From a virus (Duplodnaviria; Caudoviricetes), in IMG/VR virus record IMGVR_UViG_3300021963_000149, positions 1-57,330 of that record: a DNA stretch of 57,330 bases; one strand, given 5' to 3'. Below the pieces are notes generated by a model, which was not told the origin of the DNA, did not search any database, and was given only the letters and a program-made list of their open reading frames with translations. Below, piece after piece: positions 19,002 through 27,305 of the stretch; position 1 is the stretch's first letter; each line of letters starts with the position of its first letter. The position numbers were made by a program, and so were the translations under genes.

Positions 19002-20647
19002 TACATATATTCCCACATATAAGCGCGATCTCCATATTCATCAGTAAACCATCTATCGCCATCTACATCAACAAAACTAGAGTTGTCTAATCCATCAGAA
19101 ATAAATCCAAATGGTGCCATATCTTGTTCTATTTGGTTTTTTTGTTCCTCATAAAGTCTCTTACGAATGTCTTGGTCTGTAAGTTCTTTGAAATAGTCTT
19201 GAGCAACTAACCAGGCATAAATGACAAGACACATTGCTAAGTCATCATTACAACCCTCTTCTGCCTCAAATGAATTGTGTTTGGAGATGAATGTTGTGAG
19301 TTCTGAAATAATTTCATAATCTTTAAATAGTAACTTGTCACTCTCAATCATTGCCTTAAGATTGAGTGCTCCAACTTTTTTTACAGTCTTGGACATTTTA
19401 ACGCCAAGTTGAGTTTTCTTTCCACTAAAACCCTGTCCAACAATTTGACCTGCACGACCCCTCATTGAGCACATTAAAACATTTTGATATTCCAAATCAT
19501 AATGTAACAATGATGCTACTTGGTCTCCGATGTCATTAACCTCACAAAGAATATATGCACCATTATAATTTTTTGCTACTTCATAAATGATATTCGGAAA
19601 TAGCATTGGTTTGATTTCATTGTTTCGATATTTTGCTACAATTTTATGTGGAAAAGATGTTATATCAACCACAACAAATGCAGAATAATCTTCACTGACT
19701 CCTCTAGCTACATCAACAGTAATTACATAATCATGGTCATCTATGACTTCCTCATAAACATCCAATCCGGCACTTCTTTTAATTGGATTCTCATACACAA
19801 AGTTTTTTAATTTGCTTGGTGCAATCAGAGTATCAACAGATCCAAGAAATTCACATTCAAACTCAATTTTAAATTGTTGTTCTGAAGTGTTTGCAATAGT
19901 CTGTGCTTTCCATTTTTCGTCTCTTCCAGGCACCTCTGACCAATGCACATCTGTTGGAATATATTCATTTCTACTTCTTTCTGCATCATGCCACATACGG
20001 TAGAAATGATTCATACCGTGTGGGGTGGAAACTATGATGACTTTTGTGCTTTTACCAGAAGTAATAGTAGGATAAACAGATGCAAAGAACGAGTCTGCAA
20101 TATGGTTTGGAACGAAAGCGAATTCGTCGAGGAAGAGGATATTAAAAGACATGCCTCGGACAGCACTTGCAGATGTAGAAGCTGCCAATATCTTACTGCC
20201 ATTTTCTAACTCAATATTTCCTTTGTTCCAAGCAATGATGCCTTGTTGCATCCACTTTGGTAAGTTTTCATATGCTGTTGCTAGTCTTCCTAAAAGTTCT
20301 CTTGCGGTTGCGGCTTTGTTTGCCAAGATGCCAATATTGACACTATCATTAAAGATTAAATAGTGTAGCAAATATGCAACAACAGTTGTGGATTTACCAG
20401 TCTGTCGCGGCATCTTACAGATATTAAATCTGTTTTTATGGAAATTTGTAATTAACTTTTCCTGGAAATGATAGGGTTCAAATCCAACAAGACCTTCGTC
20501 AAGAGAAACAATCTTTACATAGTTTTTTGCAAAATATACTGGATCATCTTTACACTTAACAAATTCAAGAATTTGCTCTTGAGTAAATTCAATTGCTGTA
20601 TTTGCTTTTTTTAAATTAGGATTACCAAGATATACACTTTCACTCAT
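19001..20647 (-). CDS. g17: Terminase large subunit gp17
   Basis: PRQTGKST Walker A, LFLDEFAF Walker B, VSTPHG, DVARG, DDLAM nuclease motifs. Confidence 0.98.
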   Translation of the reverse strand: MSESVYLGNPNLKKANTAIEFTQEQILEFVKCKDDPVYFAKNYVKIVSLDEGLVGFEPYHFQEKLITNFHKNRFNICKMPRQTGKSTTVVAYLLHYLIFNDSVNIGILANKAATARELLGRLATAYENLPKWMQQGIIAWNKGNIELENGSKILAASTSASAVRGMSFNILFLDEFAFVPNHIADSFFASVYPTITSGKSTKVIIVSTPHGMNHFYRMWHDAERSRNEYIPTDVHWSEVPGRDEKWKAQTIANTSEQQFKIEFECEFLGSVDTLIAPSKLKNFVYENPIKRSAGLDVYEEVIDDHDYVITVDVARGVSEDYSAFVVVDITSFPHKIVAKYRNNEIKPMLFPNIIYEVAKNYNGAYILCEVNDIGDQVASLLHYDLEYQNVLMCSMRGRAGQIVGQGFSGKKTQLGVKMSKTVKKVGALNLKAMIESDKLLFKDYEIISELTTFISKHNSFEAEEGCNDDLAMCLVIYAWLVAQDYFKELTDQDIRKRLYEEQKNQIEQDMAPFGFISDGLDNSSFVDVDGDRWFTDEYGDRAYMWEYM

Positions 20648-20661
20648 AATAAAACTCCTTT

Positions 20662-22248
20662 TTAATCTTCTACATAAATGAACGTGGCACTAGCAGCAGT
20701 CATATTACTTGAAGATGAAACGACTGCTGTTAGAAAACTATTGGGTGGAATATCAATACCAATTTGAGACAAATCAACATCAATAGTAGAATTATCTGTC
20801 ATATGATATGCAGCAATTGGCGGTGTTGATTGTGCTGGTAAAATAAACAATCCAGTACTATCTTGAGTTGCATAAAGTGATGCATTAAAATCTGTTTGAG
20901 TTGTCCATCTCAAATAATTTGTTACTGTTGGATTAAAGTATATGTATATGATTGCCGGGTCACCTGCGGTATTTACTGAAGCAGTAAGTCTCTTGGGAAT
21001 TAAGTCTCTTGTGTTAATTTTATTCTGATAAATGAGTTTATTTTTGAGCGAAATGAGATGATAAAGAGATCCAGTAGAGTTCATCGCATCAGTCCTAGTT
21101 GTAGTTACAGAATATGGAAGTCTTGTTTGTTGAACAATTCCTTCAATAGCACCAAGAAATGAAGAACCGGTGCAAGTTACAACACCACTTGTGGGTGATC
21201 CCAAATTTGCTGCTACATATCCAATCTTTAGTGATGGATTGTCTAGGTGTGGAAACTCATTTCTATTTGTATAATGTTCATGGTGGAAGAACATCATATC
21301 CCCATTAGTTGGGTTTTCAACCGCATAACGAATCTCACCAGCACCTAACCAACGGAAGTTAATTTGATATACATTTAGTTTTGATGGATCTAAAGTAACG
21401 CCAGAATATCCAGTTCCATCAAGTTTATCTAAATTAAAATCTTCTTGGAATGTCCAATATTCTGTTTGTGCTACACCAGTTTGATTTGTTGTGTTTGTAA
21501 ATGTTATTGTTGCATTACTGGTTGCATTAAATGTCCCATTTTGGGGTCCAAGAGATGTTGATAAAAACTTTATTCTTGTTTGATCATATTCAGCTACATA
21601 ACGAGCAGTAAATGCTGCTTGAGCTACTAATCCTTGTACGAGCAAAGCAATATTTCCAGCAACAGACCCCGCATTTAAAGTTACAGCAGTAAAAACAGTT
21701 CCATTAAGAGTAACTGTTACAACTCCATCTGCTAATGCACTAAAAGTAAAACTTTGAATATGTGCTTTACCACCATTTGCACGAAGAACACCAAACTGCC
21801 CATTGGTGGATGCATATCCAATTTGAATAGCTTGTTCCTGATTAAATAATCCTACTCTTTGAGTAAATCCTACTGGATTAGAAGAATATGCAGCAGTAAA
21901 TCTGCAGACCGCACCTTGTCCAGGACGATATCTCAAAAAGTTGGTACTTCTAATAACACCATAAGAATTAGCATCTGTTCCAGCACCAACTCTAAATCTA
22001 GAACCACCATTTGTAGCAATTCCACTGGAACTAAAAGTAAATCTCTCAAACTCTCTAGGGTCTAATCCATAGACAGCATCGCCCTGAACTTTTGGCGTAA
22101 TTTGAATTGCAATATTCTCACCAAAAGCAGATTTTGCACAAGCACTTTCATTTAGAATATTTCCATATTCATCAGCACGGATATAAACTTCATGAAGTGT
22201 TCGTTCTTGATTTAGATAGTCTTGTTCATTCTTATTCCACTGAGCCAT
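20662..22248 (-). CDS. Hypothetical protein, beta-rich, possibly virion-associated
   Basis: 528 aa ORF, Thr/Gly/Ala-rich with RYRPGQG and WLGAGEIR motifs; in the g16-g17 island. Confidence 0.7.
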   Translation of the reverse strand: MAQWNKNEQDYLNQERTLHEVYIRADEYGNILNESACAKSAFGENIAIQITPKVQGDAVYGLDPREFERFTFSSSGIATNGGSRFRVGAGTDANSYGVIRSTNFLRYRPGQGAVCRFTAAYSSNPVGFTQRVGLFNQEQAIQIGYASTNGQFGVLRANGGKAHIQSFTFSALADGVVTVTLNGTVFTAVTLNAGSVAGNIALLVQGLVAQAAFTARYVAEYDQTRIKFLSTSLGPQNGTFNATSNATITFTNTTNQTGVAQTEYWTFQEDFNLDKLDGTGYSGVTLDPSKLNVYQINFRWLGAGEIRYAVENPTNGDMMFFHHEHYTNRNEFPHLDNPSLKIGYVAANLGSPTSGVVTCTGSSFLGAIEGIVQQTRLPYSVTTTRTDAMNSTGSLYHLISLKNKLIYQNKINTRDLIPKRLTASVNTAGDPAIIYIYFNPTVTNYLRWTTQTDFNASLYATQDSTGLFILPAQSTPPIAAYHMTDNSTIDVDLSQIGIDIPPNSFLTAVVSSSSNMTAASATFIYVED

Positions 22249-22251
22249 GAA

Positions 22252-22569
22252 TCACTCACTCCAAGATAGTCTTTCTGGTTGATACCTCTGAGAACTCTTA
22301 ATTTTTAAAGAACTTTGAGATTGTGATGGGTAAACATTGTGAACAATTGCTCCAGGATACTCATCCTGAAGTTGTTCAGCGAGAGCGTTCTTATCCATCA
22401 TAGAACCCTCCACTTCCAAGCGATACATCTTTCCTTCCCAAACTACATCAGCGAGAAAAGATTCTCCAACTGGTTCTGATTGTGATTCAGAACCATTGAT
22501 GTATAGATTGCCGTTGAAATCTCCGGCAATATTAACGCTTTCGGACAAAAACTTTTTAAATGATTTCAT
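22252..22569 (-). CDS. Hypothetical protein with capsid-targeting-like N-terminus
   Basis: MKSFKKFLSE start coupled through TAATG to the upstream stop (ORF track extends to 22584). Confidence 0.75.
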   Translation of the reverse strand: MKSFKKFLSESVNIAGDFNGNLYINGSESQSEPVGESFLADVVWEGKMYRLEVEGSMMDKNALAEQLQDEYPGAIVHNVYPSQSQSSLKIKSSQRYQPERLSWSE

Positions 22570-24317
22570 TAGTTGCAGTTCCAACGACGAAGAGCTTTGT
22601 TAATATTGCTGTCTGGATCTCTTGCAGTTTTTGCAGAAGTCAATTTAGATTTCATTCCTTTCATTCTGCGACAAAATGATTTGCGACGAGATGCTCTTTT
22701 ACCTGTTGGATTTTTTTCAGTAACCGCAGTTTGAAGTTTTGAACCTGGATTCTCACGACGATATGCATTTACTGCTGCTTGACTTAAACCAGCAGTTCTA
22801 TCCTTACGATTTACTGATTGCCAATCTTCCTCAATCTCAATTTCTTCTCCCATTGGTTTTACATAATTTTTATTTGGACCAAGTTTTGCAGCACTGCCTC
22901 CCTGAAGACCCGCTTGAATTAAAGGTTGACCCGGAATAAAATCAGAAACTGAATGATAAACAACTCTTGCTTCAGGGTAAATTTTTTGTATTTCACTAGT
23001 TATTTCTTGACGACTTGGAAGTTTTGCTTGTGGAAAGAACATTCGTAATGCATAATACTTTCCTCTCCAAGAAAGAGTAACTTCAACAACATTTCCATTT
23101 TGTGCTTGAAGTCTGCTTGCTTCTTTAATTTGAGACTTAAATCCCTTAATGGGTTCTGGTTCAATCAAATCAACAACTTCAGCAAAAGTATTACCATCGG
23201 CATCTTCAATTGTTACATCTTCTGCTTTAACACAATTTGGATATCTTTTACCAAACATTGTCTTCATACCTTTCTTTTTATATCCAGGCCAACATTTTTC
23301 ACTTAAGATTTCATCTAAAATTTTATCAACAAGTTTTTGTTCTTCCATTTCTCCGCTTGCAACATAATCTGCTGCAGTATCAATATAATCTGCTGCTTTA
23401 GTGATTTTTGATTGAACCCATGCTTCTAAATCTCCTTCTCCTCTTCCAACTTTCATTTGAAGTTTTTTAACAGCATCCGCAATTGTTTTGAGTTCAGATC
23501 TTGCCATTGAATATTCATGGTCTTTGATGGAAACTTTATCCCATGCTTTTCCACCATAAGAACATTCAGATCTTGTCTCTCTTTTATCGCACAATGGACA
23601 ATATCTTTGTTCTTCTTTCATAGTTTCTTCCGATTTAGTTCCCCAATTATCAGCACCAACTTTACGACATTTTACAAGTGCTCCGGAAGCATATGCGCTT
23701 GGCCAAACGCTATAGCGAGACTTAACTTTATGATAGCAAGCATCTTTAGTGCCACTACCTTTACTTGGTTTATCTTTTGCTTCTTGCACTTCCATTTCTT
23801 CTTTCATTTTTTTCTTGGGTGAATCTGTAGAAACATAGGTTGGTTTTGCAGCTCCTGTTTTTTGTTGCTGACCAGGATCTGCTGCTTTTTTTCTTCTTGC
23901 TGCAGAAAGTCTTTCTGCTTTTGTCATACTTGCTCTCTTTGCAGAAGAAACGCACTTTGGTGTTCCTTCTCCAGGTTCATCACTTGCACATGTCCCACCG
24001 GTCACCACATTAACCCATCCAGATTTTCCATCTTTAGATTTGGATTTTCCAAACCAATCACGAAGACCTTCTTCCGTTACATCTTTAAATTGTTTATGAT
24101 GTTTTTTAGCGTTTGCTTCCATCTTTTTCAAACGAGTGTAATAGTCTGGGATTTCATCTAAGTGCTGAAGAGCAATATCCATTGCAAGTTCATGGTCTTT
24201 TGTATGTTCGTGCTCAATTGGCTCTCCCATATCAAGTTGCTTTTGTATGAAAGAAACATCAAGGCGATGCTTCTTTGCAATTTGCTCAACTGTTTTATGT
24301 GACTTAATTTGGGGCAT
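22569..24317 (-). CDS. Modular hypothetical protein (putative internal-head polyprotein)
   Basis: 582 aa built of short basic or Cys-containing blocks separated by Glu-rich linkers; coupled to both neighbours through TAATG. Confidence 0.8.
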   Translation of the reverse strand: MPQIKSHKTVEQIAKKHRLDVSFIQKQLDMGEPIEHEHTKDHELAMDIALQHLDEIPDYYTRLKKMEANAKKHHKQFKDVTEEGLRDWFGKSKSKDGKSGWVNVVTGGTCASDEPGEGTPKCVSSAKRASMTKAERLSAARRKKAADPGQQQKTGAAKPTYVSTDSPKKKMKEEMEVQEAKDKPSKGSGTKDACYHKVKSRYSVWPSAYASGALVKCRKVGADNWGTKSEETMKEEQRYCPLCDKRETRSECSYGGKAWDKVSIKDHEYSMARSELKTIADAVKKLQMKVGRGEGDLEAWVQSKITKAADYIDTAADYVASGEMEEQKLVDKILDEILSEKCWPGYKKKGMKTMFGKRYPNCVKAEDVTIEDADGNTFAEVVDLIEPEPIKGFKSQIKEASRLQAQNGNVVEVTLSWRGKYYALRMFFPQAKLPSRQEITSEIQKIYPEARVVYHSVSDFIPGQPLIQAGLQGGSAAKLGPNKNYVKPMGEEIEIEEDWQSVNRKDRTAGLSQAAVNAYRRENPGSKLQTAVTEKNPTGKRASRRKSFCRRMKGMKSKLTSAKTARDPDSNINKALRRWNCN

Positions 24318-24472
24318 TATTCAACTGGTTTTGATTTAGTCTCTTCACCTTTTGCTCTTTTTCTTCTTCCCGCACAGTGAGCGCGTTGAGAAAATCCTTT
24401 TGGATTTGAGCAATCAATACTCTTTTTATATTTATTCGTCCAGTCTTCTTGAAATTGTTTGAATGTTTTCAT
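24317..24472 (-). CDS. Small basic protein with capsid-targeting-like N-terminus
   Basis: Below ORF-track cutoff; MKTFKQFQEDWTNKYKKSIDCSNPKGFSQRAHCAGRRKRAKGEETKSKPVE (51 aa); exactly fills the gap with TAATG overlaps at both ends. Confidence 0.85.
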   Translation of the reverse strand: MKTFKQFQEDWTNKYKKSIDCSNPKGFSQRAHCAGRRKRAKGEETKSKPVE

Positions 24473-25833
24473 TAGATTTTTGTAAGGACTTTTGATATTT
24501 TAAAAACTGTAGAAGCATCTGAAGTTGGAATAACTAAAATTCTTACAGATCCAGAATTTATATCTGCATCAAAAGATGCTAAAGGTTCCGAAGTTTTGAT
24601 TGTGCCAAATTCGCTGATATAAACATCTGTTCCATCATGTAAAACATTAAGAGTAGTGAGATGATAAAGTGTTCCCCTTGTAATTTGAATTTGATATTGT
24701 GCAGAACGATAAATGTTTATATCAAAAGTATCTATACTAGTAGAGGACAATGTAGTTGTTGTTGAAGATACTGCTTGTAAAGAAATTATTGAAATATTAG
24801 TGCCAGAACCAATTTCTACTCCAGATCTTGCTGTAACGATTCCAATAGAATCTACATTTGCTACATCTTCATATATGAGAGTTCCACCAATGGAGACATT
24901 ACCACTAATTGTTGCGCTTGAAGCAATAATTGACCCTACTGTTATATTTGGAGTTCCAGTAAGTCCTTGAGAAACTGTTGATATGCCTGCAGTGGTTGCA
25001 TATGTTGCTATACCTGCTGATGTAGCATAAGTTGCAGATGATGCATTTCCTGTTAAGGGTCCAATAAAATTTGTAGATGTAATAACACCAACAGACATTC
25101 CAAGGTTTGATGTATTACCATAACTTAAAGTTTGATTTAATGTTTGTGTGCCACCACTCCCTCCACCACTTGTTACAGCAGCTCCAACCCACTTATCTAA
25201 TGAAGAATCATATTTTAGATAAAAATCATTTGTTTTTGCGGTGCTCCTATCAATATCATCTAAAAACTCAAGACGAACTTCACCTCCGCCACCTTGAGCG
25301 TTGACAAGGTTTTTTAAATATTCAAGTTCTCTTCTAATTTTAATTATTTCTGGATCTTTAATATTTTCTTGTATTTCTTCTTTTGTTTTTATTTTTCCTA
25401 AAATTTTAAGGGCATAATCTATAGTATCTTCATCAGCATGTTCATGTTGATGCTCATAATTGTTTGTGTTTATTAGTATATCTTCAGTTATTATTTCATT
25501 ACTTTTTGGTTCTTCAATTTTTTCAATTGGTAATAATTCTGTTTCTTCAGGTAAAATATTTTTTACAACTTTTTCTTCTTTTTTATTCTCTTTTAATTCT
25601 TCTATTTTTTCTTTTATTGGCTCAGCATACAACCATGCCTCAAGTGCTTTAACTTGACGTTGAATTTGTTTTTCCTGCTTTTCTTTTTTATTCTTTTCCT
25701 CTTTAACAGATTGTTTTACTTGAGTAAAAAGTGAGTCAATATTAATATCTCCAACAAGAGACTTAAACTCGTCTTCTTTTTCCTTTTTTGCTTTACCTAT
25801 TAGCGAAAAAAATTCTTGAAGTTCGGTGCTCAT
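24472..25833 (-). CDS. Hypothetical protein with fibre-like C-terminal half
   Basis: Charged N-terminal half, GGGGEVRLEFLDD hinge, ATYATSAGI repeats, C-terminal RSAQY...HDGTDVYISEFG module. Confidence 0.75.
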   Translation of the reverse strand: MSTELQEFFSLIGKAKKEKEDEFKSLVGDINIDSLFTQVKQSVKEEKNKKEKQEKQIQRQVKALEAWLYAEPIKEKIEELKENKKEEKVVKNILPEETELLPIEKIEEPKSNEIITEDILINTNNYEHQHEHADEDTIDYALKILGKIKTKEEIQENIKDPEIIKIRRELEYLKNLVNAQGGGGEVRLEFLDDIDRSTAKTNDFYLKYDSSLDKWVGAAVTSGGGSGGTQTLNQTLSYGNTSNLGMSVGVITSTNFIGPLTGNASSATYATSAGIATYATTAGISTVSQGLTGTPNITVGSIIASSATISGNVSIGGTLIYEDVANVDSIGIVTARSGVEIGSGTNISIISLQAVSSTTTTLSSTSIDTFDINIYRSAQYQIQITRGTLYHLTTLNVLHDGTDVYISEFGTIKTSEPLASFDADINSGSVRILVIPTSDASTVFKISKVLTKI

Positions 25834-26255
25834 TTTTTATCATTTTCGTTTTTCTTTAATAGTTTAGCTAATTCTGCAGTAGATCCAACAAACAAAGCAT
25901 TAGTAACATTTGTTGGTCCTTTAGTATTATCTTCAGTAACTTCTTTTACCTTTTTTTGCAAATCCATCAACTTATCAGTTGCATCAGCAACACTTTTTAT
26001 CAATTGTCCAGCCACTTCATAAGCTCTTGGCATTTCACTTTCTTGAGCAAGTTCTAAAATTCCATTAATTGCCTCTTGCCCCTTTTCAATTAATGAATAC
26101 AAATTTCCTCTAGTATAATCATAATCTTTTTTAATATCATCATTAAAATTTGAAGACGCAATTTCAATACTTGTAGTTTCTTTTTCTGTAGAAACTATAC
26201 TACTTTCTACATTAAAAGTTTCATCTAAATTTTTATAGTTTTTTGACATTTTCAT
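25830..26255 (-). CDS. g16: Terminase small subunit gp16
   Basis: DYDYTRGNLY, PRAYEVAGQLIK, NALFVGSTAEL. Confidence 0.93.
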   Translation of the reverse strand: MKMSKNYKNLDETFNVESSIVSTEKETTSIEIASSNFNDDIKKDYDYTRGNLYSLIEKGQEAINGILELAQESEMPRAYEVAGQLIKSVADATDKLMDLQKKVKEVTEDNTKGPTNVTNALFVGSTAELAKLLKKNENDKK

Positions 26256-26257
26256 AC

Positions 26258-27262
26258 TTATGCTATAGTTCCACTAAATCCAAAATCATCACCATCTGCT
26301 ATAAGTGCATTATCTGCTGCGGTAATAGATTTAACTGGAGCTCCAGTTAAATGAGTTGCAATAGTTGTTCCATCTTTACCTCTTTCAACCGTAATACTAT
26401 TTCCACTAATTAAAGTCACATAGACTTCTTCACCATCAATATCTAGGTAAGTTTTTGTTGCAAGAGAACTCGTATCATTTAAGTGGAAGATGGTGTCAGC
26501 AATTGCAACATCTTTTGCTAAGTTAGTGACAACTGTGCCAGTATAATTTTTAATTGCTCTTGGAGTAGAAACATAAGAAAGTTCTCTTGTTGTATTAGTT
26601 GTATCTGTTCCAGCAAGATAACTTACCCTTGCTGTTCTAACAATATCGGAAGTAGCAGTAGATACAGGACCAAAGAGATATGTTTTTGCAGAAAATCTTA
26701 AAGTATAAAGTAAAACTCTTCTTGTAGAAAAATTTCCTTCATAATCATCTTGCATTGTGATATTTTCTAATATCACTGGAATATCTCTTTTTTCATTAAT
26801 ACCTGAACCAACAAGAGTTACTGTTAAATTATATGCTGGTTGAAAATATGGAAGAATTTGTTCTACAATTTGTAAAGCATCATCATTTAATTTACACATA
26901 ATGCTCAATTCAAATTGCATATTATATGGAACTGGCATGTATGCTTTTTTTGTCATACTACCATTTGTAGCATCAGCAACAGTAAATTGTTGAGTTGTTG
27001 TCACCTTTCTAGAAGGATCATAAGTAATTCCAGTAAACTCAAATGACATTCGAGGAAGTGTAATTTGAGTTGATTTATTAAGGTCTGGTGATTGTTCTAA
27101 TCTAGCTAAAAACTTTTGTGTGGGCCCATAAGCAAGGGGAACTTTAATGACATCCGTAACAACATCGGATGAATTTGTATGTTTGATTGAAATATCATTG
27201 AATAATGTCCCAAATGCAATCACCGTTTTTCGTAAAATTTGGTGATAAAAATACTCAAACAT
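26258..27262 (-). CDS. g15: Tail terminator / sheath stabiliser gp15 with C-terminal extension
   Basis: FGTLFNDI, VPLAYGP, LPRMSFE, QIVEQILPYFQP. Confidence 0.94.
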   Translation of the reverse strand: MFEYFYHQILRKTVIAFGTLFNDISIKHTNSSDVVTDVIKVPLAYGPTQKFLARLEQSPDLNKSTQITLPRMSFEFTGITYDPSRKVTTTQQFTVADATNGSMTKKAYMPVPYNMQFELSIMCKLNDDALQIVEQILPYFQPAYNLTVTLVGSGINEKRDIPVILENITMQDDYEGNFSTRRVLLYTLRFSAKTYLFGPVSTATSDIVRTARVSYLAGTDTTNTTRELSYVSTPRAIKNYTGTVVTNLAKDVAIADTIFHLNDTSSLATKTYLDIDGEEVYVTLISGNSITVERGKDGTTIATHLTGAPVKSITAADNALIADGDDFGFSGTIA

Positions 27263-27297
27263 TTTTTTGCCCTTGCAAACAATAAGTTAATAACAAT

Positions 27298-27304
27298 TAT
27301 TTAG
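27298..27304 (-). promoter_or_regulatory. Putative late promoter (CTAAATA) for g15
   Basis: tatttag in the g14-g15 gap. Confidence 0.55.
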
Positions 27305-27305
27305 G

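Noticed and set aside
19001-20647. Possible intein or intron in terminase, portal, helicase or capsid genes
   Set aside because: Lengths are ordinary, motifs are contiguous, and no splice-junction or LAGLIDADG/HNH motifs were seen
24429-24435. ATAAATA inside the 51-aa ORF
   Set aside because: Encodes N-K-Y within a coding region and is over 100 nt from the next start; may be chance in AT-rich DNA
24981-25050. Short tandem repeat resembling a CRISPR or DGR repeat
   Set aside because: It is an in-frame coding repeat (ATYATxAGI) with synonymous variation; no spacers and no reverse transcriptase
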